From: Podarcis filfolensis
Taxonomy: Eukaryota
Strand: one strand, 5' to 3'
DNA: 64,000 nt
NCBI GenBank assembly: GCA_964270895.1
Contig: OZ185435.1
Part shown: positions 35,501 through 46,716 of the stretch, one piece after another
How positions within the stretch are numbered: the first letter of the stretch is position 1
Layout: each line of letters starts with the position of its first letter
Notes under the pieces: generated by a model
Told to the model about the DNA's origin: nothing
The model's database searches: none
Seen by the model: the letters and a program-made list of their open reading frames with translations, nothing else
Program-made: the position numbers and the translations under genes

Positions 35501-37527
35501 TGTTTTTGCCATAGCATTGTAGGAATGTAATCCCAGATTTTCCTTTATATTTGACAGACACTGGGGCCACTGTAAATTATGGTTTAAACAATATAGTCAT
35601 AATAAGGTTAAAAATATTGTTTTTTCCTGATGAACAATGAGCAAATTATTTTATTTTTGTTTCAGATGTTCTCTTGACCAGGTATACTGCAACTTATAGT
35701 CAGGTGATGGTTATCATTTGGTTCCATCACCACCCTAACTGATAAAATATGGAAGTATGGAACCAGAGGACTGGTCCACTTGTGGAGTGGGAAATGGTGC
35801 AAGAATAGGAAGCAGATGGTAGGAACAACAGTTGTCACAACAGAGAGGCTCTCCAAGCATCTGAACTGGGATAAGTATTGGGAACTTTAACTTATTTATA
35901 TATTATCCAACGAGGCAGCCAAGTTTGCAGATGATAGCAAATTATTCAAGTGTGGTGAAAAGTCAAACAGACCATGAAAAACTCCAAAATGATTTGTCCA
36001 CAACAGAAAACAAAATGGCAAAGGAAATGCAGCGCAAATAGTTATAAAGTGATAGACATTGAGGCAATATGGGATCTGAGCTGCCTATGTCTACCTAACA
36101 AAGGTACCTTGGGATTTTGCTACTATGTCAACATAAGTGAAAAATTAAGATTATTTTTTTGGTTTGGGATTAATAGGTTTAACAGAAAATGTTAAGGTAT
36201 TATAACGACTTTATACAAACAAATAGTGCTTTCACTTCAGGAACACTGTTCTTTGTATCCAGACTTAAGAAGGGCATGGCAGAGGGGCAACCAAAAATAT
36301 TAAAGTGTTGGAATACCTTCCCTTCAAGGATAAGTCAAAGTATTTGAAGTTTTTAGTCTAGAAAAAAGACAACTAAAGCTTATCAAATGATAAATAGTAC
36401 ACAGAGAGTAGATACTTCCCCACACCATCTCATAATGCAAGGAGGTAAAAGTCAGGCAGTGAAACTGATTGGTAGTAAATTCAGGGCAAAGGAGAGTAGT
36501 TTTTCCAACGATACACAATTGACTAATGAAATTTACTTTCCCAAGATGTGGTGATGAGCCACTGGCTGATCAGTTATTGATTTAAAGCACTTTCACTCGA
36601 CCCTTTGGCCAAAAGAGATAAATAACATGCAAGACAACTCCTGCCCTCAAGTTTGCAACATAAAAGGCAGGACACAGAAGCAGGGGAAAGGAGTGGGCGT
36701 GAAGGACTTCCTTCCAGGGAATGAATTTGCCTGGTCACCACTGGAAACAAAATAATGGACCAGATGGACTCTGGGTTTGATCTAGCAGAGCTCTTACGGA
36801 TTGGAAAGTAACTGCCCTGCAGCCACCCAAGGTTGCAACAAAAGTCACCAACAAGGTGAGCTATCTTGGAGCATCGAGTGTGACCTGGGCGCTTTCAAAC
36901 AGGAGGTTATCAAACTGGTGATTGAAACCGGCTGCAGGCACTGAAACAGGCAGGTCACCCAAACGGGAAGTGGCAGAGGGCTGCCCGAAGAACACAATTA
37001 AAAAAATTAGGGTACAGTACTCTTAGCAAGATGCAAAGTAAAGGGATTCATTCGAGCAGATCTCCCTCCAAATCCGAGTCCAAAGGTCTGGAGGATTTGG
37101 AGAAGGGACGCACACACACCCCAGTCATTTATTTCTCGCTTGGGGCTGCCACCTTCCGACCTGGCACAACTCCCGCTCCTCTAACAGCTGCTGGGGAAAA
37201 CTTCACCTGCCGGACTTCTGCCGGCCGCGCAGCTCTGAAGCCGCGCCCACACCATCTTCTGGCGGGGGGGGTGGGAGGTAAATGGTAAACCTTTCCCCGC
37301 GGCGACTCTGCGTTGGAGAAAGGGAGCTGGGATTCCTCAACGCCCCCCCCCACCCGCCGGCTTCGGTCTCCCCGGCTCGCCCCCCGCCTACCTGGCAACA
37401 GGTAAGAGAGGCCGCGCACGGTGCTCTCCAGCTGAGCCGTGGCCGCCGGGTGTCGCTTCACGTAGTCCTGGTAGCGGCCGCACAGGTGCCGCAACCTCCC
37501 TAGCGGCCCCTGCGCGGATCCTGCCAT
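26514..37527 (-). CDS. PEX16: PEX16 peroxisomal biogenesis factor 16, complete, 344 aa; 11 exons
   Basis: Exon sizes 136,36,77,134,101,81,153,73,120,65,59 total 1035 nt with continuous phase. Exons 2-11 equal the human sizes as remembered. Motifs [29 protein letters not shown] and [14 protein letters not shown] are present. Confidence 0.97.
27609..27673 (-). CDS. PEX16: PEX16 exon 10 (65 nt)
   Basis: ccttcag|G GGC AGG...ACT C|gtaagt; [21 protein letters not shown]. Confidence 0.95.
27903..28022 (-). CDS. PEX16: PEX16 exon 9 (120 nt)
   Basis: tctgcag|T TTG AGT...TCT GA|gtaagg; [40 protein letters not shown]. Confidence 0.95.
28560..28710 (+). mobile_element. L2-type 3' tail
   Basis: gttagccgccctgagcc...gagggcggagtataaataaa(AAAC)n. 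Confidence 0.6.
28925..28997 (-). CDS. PEX16: PEX16 exon 8 (73 nt)
   Basis: cacatag|TG GTG AGC...TCA AG|gtcagt; [25 protein letters not shown]. Confidence 0.94.
28998..29422 (-). other. PEX16: U12-type (minor spliceosome) GT-AG intron, PEX16 intron 7
   Basis: 5' site GTATCCTC. Exact U12 branch point TTCCTTAAC (29018-29010) lies 12 nt before the 3' end, with no real polypyrimidine tract. Confidence 0.9.
29057..29216 (-). mobile_element. CR1 3' end inside the U12 intron
   Basis: tcatagaatcatagagttggaagagaccacaagggccatcgagtccaacc, the reverse of the CR1 terminal (ATTCTATG) repeats. Confidence 0.82.
29423..29575 (-). CDS. PEX16: PEX16 exon 7 (153 nt)
   Basis: ttttag|CC CCA TCC...CAC T|gtatcc; [16 protein letters not shown]...[11 protein letters not shown]. 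Confidence 0.95.
29640..29782 (-). mobile_element. Short L2 3' end with (TTG)n tail
   Basis: cccatctggctgggtttccccagccactctggg identical to 8964-8996. Confidence 0.8.
30092..30172 (-). CDS. PEX16: PEX16 exon 6 (81 nt)
   Basis: ctgacag|AT ATG...AGC A|gtgagt; [27 protein letters not shown]. Confidence 0.93.
30468..30590. mobile_element. Degraded palindromic MITE
   Basis: gccctctagatgtttttgggctataatc...gtccagcaacagctaaagggcc. Confidence 0.6.
30779..30879 (-). CDS. PEX16: PEX16 exon 5 (101 nt)
   Basis: cccacag|G GCC ATC...AAA G|gtgagt; [33 protein letters not shown]. Confidence 0.94.
31315..31534. mobile_element. Tc1/mariner-type MITE
   Basis: TA|CAGTGGTACCTCTGGTTA...TAACCAGAGGTACCACTT|TA: long TIRs and TA TSD. 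Confidence 0.88.
31666..31799 (-). CDS. PEX16: PEX16 exon 4 (134 nt)
   Basis: tttgcag|GCA CTT...GCC AA|gtgagt; [45 protein letters not shown]. Confidence 0.96.
32874..32890. repeat. (ATC)n microsatellite
   Basis: About 5-6 ATC units. Confidence 0.8.
33431..33507 (-). CDS. PEX16: PEX16 exon 3 (77 nt)
   Basis: ttctcag|TT TAT...TCT GTG|gtaaga; [26 protein letters not shown]. Confidence 0.95.
34280..34640 (+). mobile_element. Degraded L2 3' fragment
   Basis: gtaatgcactgtacttggggatccc...tgcagaatgcc...taaggccctagatgacttaagaccaaaatacttaaagg. Confidence 0.6.
35197..35232 (-). CDS. PEX16: PEX16 exon 2 (36 nt)
   Basis: tttccag|GT CGG TTT...CTG G|gtaagt; [12 protein letters not shown]. Confidence 0.93.
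35900..36570 (+). mobile_element. Degraded CR1 RT/3' fragment
   Basis: aagtttgcagatgatagcaaatta (KFADDxKL motif) plus the downstream CR1 ORF2 end, with many stops. Confidence 0.7.
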
Positions 37528-38560
37528 GGCGGATCCAGAGACGGGTGCGCGCCTGCGTGCGTGCGTGCCCCCGCAGCACAGCCGCCCCCCACTCCCCGCC
37601 TTTCCCCGCAGCAGCCGGCGACCCACGAACCCGCTCCGAGAACGCCTGACTAAGCACGCATGCGCGCGCGCTTCCGGGTCGTACTTTGCTTTTTTGGGGA
37701 CACGCCTCCTCCGTCTCCCGACTCTGCTCTTTTATTTCTCCCCCCGCCCCCACACTTGCTCCGCGCCTGCGCAGCTCCTGACCCTGCGATGGAGAGAGAA
37801 ACGAACCAATCGAGCGCCGAGCGAAAGAACCGGGGAGGCGAGTGAGTCGAGCGAGGAGCGGCTCGGAGGAGCAGGTGCCGGCTTGGAGGAGGAGGAGAGT
37901 TGGAAGGAAGGGTTGGACTGGAGAGCGAGGCGAGGAGGGCGCGAGCGCGGCTCGGTCAGGCTGCGCGCATCTTGCGTGGTGGAGAAGCGGGCGCGCATTA
38001 CCACAGGCGCAGAGGGTTGAGGAGGCATCCCTTCCTTCAGGGAGAGACCCCTCGCGAGCAGCTCAGCGCGGGCAGGTGCTCAGCGCTCCCTTGCCAGGAG
38101 AGGCTGCCTTGGCTGCGCCTTGCAGGTGCGTCGTGAAGACGGTGCCCGCCGTCGGCGGGTCCCTCTTTTTGGGGAAATATGAGTTGTGTGGGAAAACTGC
38201 ATGAATCTGGGCAAGGGGACGACGAGCTGCTGCTGGCGGCAGGTGCGTTGCCCGCCCGGCGCCTCCCCTTTGTCCCGCTTTATTGCTTGGCGGAGGCAAC
38301 GGCAGCAGGTGGCCGACGGCACAGCACCTGGGATGTGGGGCAGCAGCCTTCGGGGCGCGCGGTCTGAACGGGGAGCTGGGAAAGTGAGGAGGCTGGAAAA
38401 AGAGCAGCCCTTTCCCCCTCCGGAGGCACCCTCCTCTCCCTGAAATACACGGCTCGTCACCGCCACCGTAATAATTTTTTAAGCTCCCAAAGGGGCGCCT
38501 TCCGTTTCCTCGAGTTATTTTAGCGCCCTAGAGCGCTCGGCTCGCCTTTTGGCCGCCGCA
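37050..38560. promoter_or_regulatory. CpG island / TATA-less housekeeping promoter of PEX16
   Basis: Dense CpG. NRF1-like ACGCATGCGC (37656-37665) and CGCGCCTGCGCA (37762-37773), ETS/GABP CTTCCGG (37671-37677), GC box (37742-37750), CCAAT (~37807-37811). Confidence 0.85.
37392..37527 (-). CDS. PEX16: PEX16 exon 1 coding part
   Basis: tccgccATGG Kozak; [46 protein letters not shown]|gtaggc. Confidence 0.93.
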
Positions 38561-39927
38561 TGTGTGAAATCAGAAGTAATAATAACTCGAGCTGTAGTAA
38601 GAGTTCTTTGCTAGCAGTAGTAAAAGTTCCTTTGCTTGTTGGTCCTTCTGCAGAACTGCTAAGCCTGAAATTATCTCCCTTCTGCTAATTACACCTTCTT
38701 CATCATTTAGCGATAGATGTGCGGGGCTGCGATCCGAAGCATGCTTTCTTCCAAGTAAATGTGATGGTCTTGCTCCCAAGTTAATACGACCCGGGCCAAA
38801 CTATATCGAGTCTTTCCCTGCAGTGGTAAATTTCTAATTCGAGATGTGTTAGAGCTCTGACCTGTTTGGAAGCTCTGCTGCCTAATTAATATTTGGGTGA
38901 ATATGTGGTTAATTGGTGGCAATGAAGGAAATGTATTCTCCATATCCTCAGAGAAAGTCATCTTCATATATTTTTATAGCTCACCTATTCAGAGGCTAAG
39001 CAGCCCCATGAGCCTGAGAGGCCATGATTCTAGGGAGCTTTTGTAATTGACATGAAATTTGAACCTGTGCAAAGTGAGCCCTATGCATGCTTTGGGTGGA
39101 AAAGGGGCATGATCCGCCAAAGAATGCATAGGACAAATGGCCTTAAGATACTCCTGTGTCTTCTTGGAACTTTTGGTAGGTTAGGGTAATTCTTTTCAAT
39201 GGGACCTATCTCTCATTTTATTCCTACAACAATGTCTAGATTTGTGAGATAGTGGATGGTTCTAGTGTGGCACTCTAATCACTGCACCATATTGCCACTT
39301 CGGTCATAATATATAATGTTTAATATATTGGCTAAACATGGATAAGGGGCAAATCATATCTGAGAGATATATATAGCAAGCATGAGCTTTCTGAGCAAAA
39401 ACCTCTGTCATGCAGCTAGTGAACTATTGTTAATCTCTTTTTTACATTCTGTGCTGCCATTTGGCCCTCAATAGTTTCCCAAGGTCCTCAACAATGCGAT
39501 ACAAATTGCAGTTAAAACACTAAAACAGCAGCATAAGAACAATTAACCCCCTCTTCAGATTTTTTTTTTAGTGGTTGTCAAGCCAACAAGTAGGTTCTTG
39601 ACTTTGAAAGCTAATATTACAATAAATGGAAAGATTTTAAATCTTTGTCTTGTTGCAGCTTTGTATTTGTGTATTTTATTTACTTTTATGCTGCCAATAA
39701 GCCTTTGTTTCCCCTTCATACACGGAGAGTGTCTGATGTAAGTACTTGTGCAGCCCAGTGCTGTGCCTGTAAGTCCTTTTGGGTTCAGTGAGACTCCCAA
39801 TTACATAGGCATGGGATTGTGTTAGGCTTAATGTTCAAGTGCCTCAGAACTATTATCTTTATTAATCAAGCTGATGGTTTAAGAATTTCAGTCATAACAC
39901 ATACATTGGTTGCAGGGATGATTGTAT

Positions 39928-40292
39928 GGGAGCGGGTGGTGCTGTGGTCTAAACCACTGAGCCTCTTGGGTTTGCTGATCAGAAGGTTAGCGGTTCAAAT
40001 CCCTGCGACAGGGTGAGCTCCCATTGCTCTGTCCCAGGTTCTGCCAACTTAGCAGTTTGAAAGCACACCAGTGCAAGTAGATAAATAGGTACCACTGCGG
40101 CAGGAAGATTAACGGCGTTCCCGTGTGCTCTGGTTTCCGTCATGGTTTCCATTGTGCCAGAAGCGGTTTAGTCATGCTGGCCACCTGTCTGTGGACAAAC
40201 GCTGGCTCCCTCAGCCTGAAAGCGAGATGAGCACCACAACCCCATAGTCGCCTTTGACTGGCCTTAAGCGTCCAGGGGTCCTTTACCTTTAC
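39928..40292 (+). mobile_element. Full-length Sauria SINE (older subfamily)
   Basis: gggagcgggtggtgctgtggtctaaacc...cggttcaaatccc head; cctttacctttac tail. Confidence 0.88.
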
Positions 40293-42154
40293 ATGATGCA
40301 TGATTCAGTAAATAAAGTAAAAAACACAAGGCACCTTTACTCATAATCTTGAAAGCCTACCATATTGTCATGAACATAGTTTTGACAGAAATTTGCTGTG
40401 GCAATTTCAGAAGTATCTACTCGTTTCCTGTTAGGGTTGGACAGCCCTGTGAGCCAGATGGTTATTCCCAATTTACAGATAGACAACTTTTCCAAAGCCA
40501 TCTAGTGAGCCTATATACTGAAGTAGAAACAGATTCTTATTCCCTTGCTAATTCTGGTAGCAATCATACGTTGGTGGAGGTTGGGAAAGAAAATCTGCTT
40601 GATGCTTCCAATAGAGGTAGCCTTGATGTGAATCAATCCTATCTACTGCTGTTTAGCATCCTGAGGGAATCGAGCTGGTATGTGGCATTGTCTGGTGGGA
40701 GTGTATTCACATGCTGCTTATTGTCATGGTGCTTTGATTCCATCCTTTTGTCAACTGCAGCAGGGGGCCAATACAGTAAATATATGAATAGCTGGACTCC
40801 AGATCCCTTTCTTTCTCTTTCTCTTTTTCTCTTTCTCCAAAGGGTGCCTTTGCAGGGCAGACAAAAAAGGTTGGTTGGCTGGTTAGTAACATTCTTTGCA
40901 CTTGGGGAGGGGGATGCAGTATTACTGTTGTTGACACTTGCCAGATGTTCTCCCCAAATCCTGGCAAAAGGCTTTAGGCTGCAAACCCAGGCGTACTTAC
41001 CTGGGAAGAAGCTCCTCTGATTGCATTTGGTTTTTAAGGGTTGAATGAAGGATGGGGTAGGCATATAAGCCTTACTGCCAGCTCTGCCTATTCCCATTAG
41101 CAAAGGATTTAGAAGAGCTTTGTTCTCCAGTACAGTTGATGTTCCAGTAGTGCTAAACATACTTATGAAAAGTTTAGGAGTGCAGCTCACCCGCCACCAC
41201 CCACAACTGTGTCCTGGTTTCTTAATGCTGGAGTAAGGTAATGCAAAGTAGGAGCCAGTAGATGCAGGCAAGCTTATGTGTGCATGAAAGTTTAATTAGT
41301 TGAACAGACTTCTGCTGGGGGGGAGGGGCAAGAGGTGTGGGGAAGGGAAAAAATATGCTGTTTGCTAGGAGGGAAAGAAGCTGAAGGGAGTGATTGGGGG
41401 GGGACTGGAGGCCCAAAGGGGTATGCAGTTGAACACAGATAATTAATGGCAAAGGTCAGCAGGGAGTTTGGCCACCTGACCTCCACATGGCATAACCACT
41501 TGCCAGGAGAAGGGAGAGAAGAAGCGAAATCTGAGTCATGTTGGGATTTGCTGGCAGAATTTGAAATATTGCTCCTTGAATTTTGTTGCTGTGCTTTGTG
41601 ACAGAGTGGAGAGAGAGTGAAGGACTTTTGCACTTGAGCTGCTATAGTTCAAAAAGTGAAAATTCAAACAGAAAAGTTGTTGAACTTTTTTTTTTTTTTT
41701 TTTTGCAAAATCTCAAAGAAATGAGCTATTTCTGAGGGAAACTGGCAAAAATAACACTGCTGACACTGGACACTGCTTGCGGCTGCAGTATTCCGGATAT
41801 GCCCTGGAAATTCCGGACGTAAGGCAACCCTAATTCACAGTCCTCTGCCATGTGCATATACCTACAAGCCATCTTTTCAATACCAAAGCTACAATCATTC
41901 CACTTAGTAAAATATAAAGCCTAAGTATCAGCATTGGCTTGGGTATCACTTTTTTTTTTTTTTTTTGCTTTCATATCCTACGAATATTATCCATTCAGGT
42001 TGCAAATATGGTGTGAGTCCCACAGTGATTTTAAAAATGTATGCAGCACCTCCCAATTTTGATAATATATTTAACAGGATTTATATACCGCTTGATTGCA
42101 GGAAAATCTCTAAGCAGTTTACAGAAATACATACTAAAACCTGATCTCTGTGGC

Positions 42155-42285
42155 ACAGTGCATCTGCCTGTGTCAACCAGAAGGTTGGTGGTTCAAACCC
42201 ACCCTGAGATGGTTGTGGGCAGGATCCCAGCACTGAAGGGGATTGACCCCTGGGGTCACTTCCAACACTACAGTTCTATGATGCC
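42155..42285 (+). mobile_element. Degraded tRNA-head/CR1-tail SINE
   Basis: ggtggttcaaaccc B box, ending ttccaacactacagttctatgat. Confidence 0.55.
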
Positions 42286-42399
42286 ATCTTAAAATTATTG
42301 ATTAAAAACAGTTAAAAAGAGGTATCTTAAGATTATTAAAGTAAATGCTGCCACACTAAAATACTGATTTCTTATAAGTGAGTATTATGTAGTACCAGT

Positions 42400-43200
42400 T
42401 TCACAAACTGAAGTGGTTGAGTGGGGTAAGGCAAGTAAAAAGGTCCTAACTACTAAGTGTTTTCCAGATCAAGCACAAGGGAAGCCCCACATAGAGTGCA
42501 CTGCAGTAATCCAAACTTGAAGTCACCAGTGCCTGAACTACTGTGGTCAAGTTCTCTGGTCCAGGAATGAATGTGGCTGTCACAAGGTTACAACTGGTAA
42601 AAGGGGCTTCTAGCCACTGAAGCTACCCTGGGCCTCCAGTGACAGAGCTGGATCAAGAAACACCCCCAAACTGAAAACTGTTCCTTCGGGGACAGTGCAA
42701 AACTATCCAGGACAAGCGGTTGACCAATTTCTTGCATGCAGGAGCCACTTACCCATAGTGCCTCTGTCTTGGCAGAATTCAAGCTAAGCTTATTTTCCTT
42801 CCTCCATCTCACCACTCCACCCAGGCCACCAGCCCAGGACCCACACAGCTTCATTCAGATGTTACGGAGAAATGAAACTGAGTGTAGTTAGCATTCTGAT
42901 AGCATCTTGCTCCCAATGATCACCCCCAGAGGCTTCGTGTAGCATTAAATAGCTCTGGAGATAGAATAGTGCTCTGCAGCACCCCATAGTATAACCACAA
43001 GGGGGCTGAAAAACACTCTTCCAGTGCTGTACCCTCTTGATTCAGTCTCTTGGCTTGCGAGATCAAGAAGCAGGAACAAGGTTGCGCTCTCCTTGTTCCT
43101 CTCTCTGTGAAGGTCATCCATCATGTCAGCCGTGGTCAGCTCAGTCCCATGGCCTGGCCTGAATGCAGATTGGAGTGGAACTAAATAATCTGTGATAATG
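42400..43200 (-). mobile_element. Degraded L2 RT fragments
   Basis: LQSAFRPGHGTE...LLLDL and LSLNSAKTEALWV motifs. Confidence 0.72.
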
Positions 43201-44033
43201 AGGGCATTGAGTGTGGATAAATATGGAAAATGCATTCAGTGCTTCTGATCCCTATGAACCACATTTCTGCTCTTGCACTTTAAGTTTAATGAATGAACAG
43301 AATGAACAGTGTCCCTGACTTCAGTTACACTCTGTTCTTCCATTAATTTTTTTCTCTATCACCATTCTGTTTGATGGAAACATAGGACTTAAAGCCAGTA
43401 TAACCTTAAAATGTTATCTGAACTTGGCAGAAGATGAAAGGCATAAGGCGCAGCTTTTTAGAGACTCTCTTTGTTTGCTGGAGCTGGAAAATATTCCAGC
43501 GGGGCCTGCAGAGAACTCTAAAAGCAGAGAGCAGAGGAAGTAGAGAAGCAGCCTCCTTACTAGTCTTATTAATGCTTTAATTGAAATATGTTCTTGGGAG
43601 TGTTGAGACTGCAAAGGACTGTAGATTCCGGTCTCTTTGCTTTTGGCACCTGTTCTGGGGTATATTTTCTTAGCATTTGGAGTTAAATGTCGGCAGAATC
43701 TGAACTGAAGCAGAATCCTTGTTGAAGGAGCACACTTTCCCTGGATGTAATCATGTGGAGACTCTGGGTTTAAGAAAACAAAGTGAATATTTATTACTGG
43801 AAATACATGTCGATAGCCAAATAGAATGGGAATCTTTCCTAAGGTTGAGATGTGATGAGCCATGCTTGCTCTTGCGTCTCAAGAGAAGAGAGATCCAAAA
43901 TATGTCTGCTGGGAAGATATGTCAAGAGGAAAGCATGAAGACGAAAAGGAGGGAATAAGAAGTAAGGTCAGCTACTGAGTAGGGTTGCCATGTGTCCTCT
44001 TTTTCCAGGATATGGTGTCTCGGTGGGGAGGGG

Positions 44034-44281
44034 TGTTATGTACTGAAGTTCTCACCCTGGGCCAGCAGGGGGGATACTGTAGATAGTTATGCAAATAAGG
44101 GATCGAAAGTGGCGTTCAGTGATTGGATAGTTTTAGAAAATTGTTACAGTTACGTTGTACTGGAGCTCTATATAAGCAGGCTGACTGAACCCTTCAGTTC
44201 AGTTCTGTTCTGGCCTGTGAATAAACAAGAGCTGCTTGAAGAATCACTGTGTCGTCTGATATGTTCACCCACAACTTAACA
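44034..44281 (+). mobile_element. 248-bp LTR (Gypsy-like) preceded by a polypurine tract
   Basis: TG...CA ends with TGTTA/TAACA inverted termini; octamer 44089-44096, ATTGG 44122-44126, TATATAA 44169-44175, AATAAA 44220-44225; GGGGAGGGG directly upstream. Confidence 0.8.
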
Positions 44282-44924
44282 CTGGCCCACAGTGCAAGTT
44301 GAGTTGCACCTCAACGCTCCCAGCATATTCCATACCACTCTAAGCTACTCATCCGAGTGTGTTACTGTTCATGTTTAACATGGTAATGAAAGCTGAAAGT
44401 CCTTGGAAAGCCTTTTGCCAGTGTTCAAGAATTGCCTGAAGAGTGGTCTCAGTGCAGGGGACCTGAGATTCTGCATTCATCTTTGCATCACAGAAGGCAC
44501 CCCAAGGCCAGGAGGGGCTCTGCAGCTCCCATTAATTTTCTACCCTTCAGTACAGCTTGCTTTACTGCTAGCAACTTGTGTTTCAGCTGGAGTTATCTCT
44601 TTCTGAATGGGGCTGTTACAAGGGACTTGTTTGAGGGCTTGATCTGAGGGTTGCATTTCCTTTTACAGTGCTTGTAATGTTTGGTCCATTGTGCAGAGCT
44701 GTTTAAATTAAGCATCCGCTCCTCTTTATTTCGAAAAAGGTCAAGCCCACTGCAAATGCTGATGGTATAACAAAGGATTTCTCTAAGCTCTTGAAATAAG
44801 TATTTTCCCTAGAGGCAGAACCTTCACAAAAGCCTCTTCCCAACCCCTTATTTGCCAAGGCAATCCCACAACTGGGTTGAGAGGTGGGCTTGTAGTGGAG
44901 AAGGGAGGATGGTAGTGCTTAACC

Positions 44925-45058
44925 CTGCCTTCCCTAACCTGGGGTCCTTCAGCCATTTTGGACTGCAACTCCAATTGATCCCCAGCCAGCACAGCTTCGG
45001 TGGCTGGGGCTGATGGGAGTTATAGTCCATGGCGAAGGCACCAGGCTGGGGAAGGCTG
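44925..45058. mobile_element. Palindromic MITE
   Basis: ctgccttccctaacctgg...ccaggctggggaaggctg with ggactgcaactcc/ggagttatagtcc arms. Confidence 0.75.
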
Positions 45059-46465
45059 GGTTAAGAACTTCCATGCTGACCGATTCTCCTCATAAATGCT
45101 ATTCTCTATGCTGAGGGAAAAGGAGTAAAACCCCGGAAGATGTTTTCAAGGGAGAGTTGGCAGCCATGAGTTGGGTTAAGCACCCCCTTCCACCTACCTG
45201 TCCCCTCCTGCAAATGTGCCTTCTAACGTTAGCATTTTGAGTTAGCCTCAAATGCAGCTTCAAGTGAAACTGCTTGTTCAAGCTGTCTGATTTTGTCTCC
45301 TCTCCCCCATTGGATAGGGTGCTGGGGTGAGTGGGGGAATGAAAATTCTCTTTGTCAACTTCCTTTCATTCAGGGGTCTCAGGATCCATGCCCATATATC
45401 TGTGATAGATTATATTATCACTAATAATGCATTGGCAATCGTTGATATAGGCACCTTGCAAAAGATAAAACAGGTCCTAGAACCTCGCAAGCTTAAAATT
45501 CAAGGAACAGACAGTGCAAGAATTGTGGAAGAATTGTACTAGCCCTAGCCTTCTCGACTTGAGTTTGGTGAGAGTAACTATTAGGGGATTCACTGAAGGA
45601 CAGTGCTTGCCAATTCAGCTGTGACTCATGCCAGTTGGCATTATTGCAAGGTTCTCCGAATAGAAAGTGTTATCACTAGTGATCTACAAAAAAAATAAAT
45701 AAAAAATAGCAGTGTAGACCCTGGATTTTCATTTAGGCAAAATCCAGTTCTTATGGCTTGGCAACATTATTTTATGTTCTGTTGATTCCAGCTGATAATG
45801 GCTAAGATCAGACAATTATAATGTGAGTCCAGTAAAGATAGCAAAACATACATGTAAATTCTAACCTACCTGTATTGTATTTTGCCGCAACAATTGGGCT
45901 ACCATAAGAAGAAAAATATTGTAAGTTGCTGTGTTTAGATCAATTCAAAAAGGCTTCTCCTGCCTCCCCTATTCCTAGTTGTCAGGCTGACTTCATTATA
46001 GGGTGGGGAGGGGGGAATCACACCAGGCACTGCAGGCCATCCTCACGTGGTTCCTCAAAGAGGCCCCATCTGGTTGCAGAGACCTCTTTCAGAGCTCTGA
46101 AAGAAGTGGTCTCCATCTTGATCTAGACAGGAAGTGACAAGACACTGTCAAGCATGATGCCCCATACCAATAACGTTCAGTGTATTAAAAATCATAAGGA
46201 ATTGAGGTGTGTACCTCAGTGTGCTTTGGACATCAGGTCAGCAACCTACAGGGCAAGCATAGAATTGTGTCCAGCCTGACAACTGGCTTGGGCACAACAT
46301 ACTGTAAAGCACACCTCATTTCCCAATTCATTTTTACCCATATTGGCTCCTATTGGCCTGAGGCACCTTGCTTGAGCACGACTTGAACCCAAACAAAGTG
46401 CTGTGCTAGGTGTGACTATGTGATAGCAGGTTATGATAATGACTGTTAAACAACAACATACAGTA

Positions 46466-46716
46466 CAGTTGTACCTTGGTTCTCAAATGCCTTGTGACTC
46501 AAACGCTTTGGCTCCCAAACGCCACAAACCCAGAAGTGAGTGTTCCGGTTGGCGAATGTTCTTTGGAACCTGAATATCTGACTCTGCTTCCATGGCTTCC
46601 GATTGAATGCAGGAAGCTCCTGCGGCCAATCGAAAGCCACACCTTGGTTTTTGAACATTTTCAGAAGTCAAATGGACTTCCAGCACGGATTCTGTTCAAG
46701 AACCAAGGTACGACTG
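46466..46716. mobile_element. Tc1/mariner-type MITE
   Basis: TA|CAGTTGTACCTTGGTTCT...AGAACCAAGGTACGACTG|TA. Confidence 0.86.

Noticed and set aside
37526-38466. Several 100-165 aa ORFs around the PEX16 promoter
   Set aside because: Only 37392-37527 is PEX16 coding; the rest are GC-content artefacts.
40755-40772. CTCF-like GCAGCAGGGGGCC (also CCAGCAGGGGGG in the LTR)
   Set aside because: Mismatches in the core consensus; cannot be supported without scoring or ChIP data.
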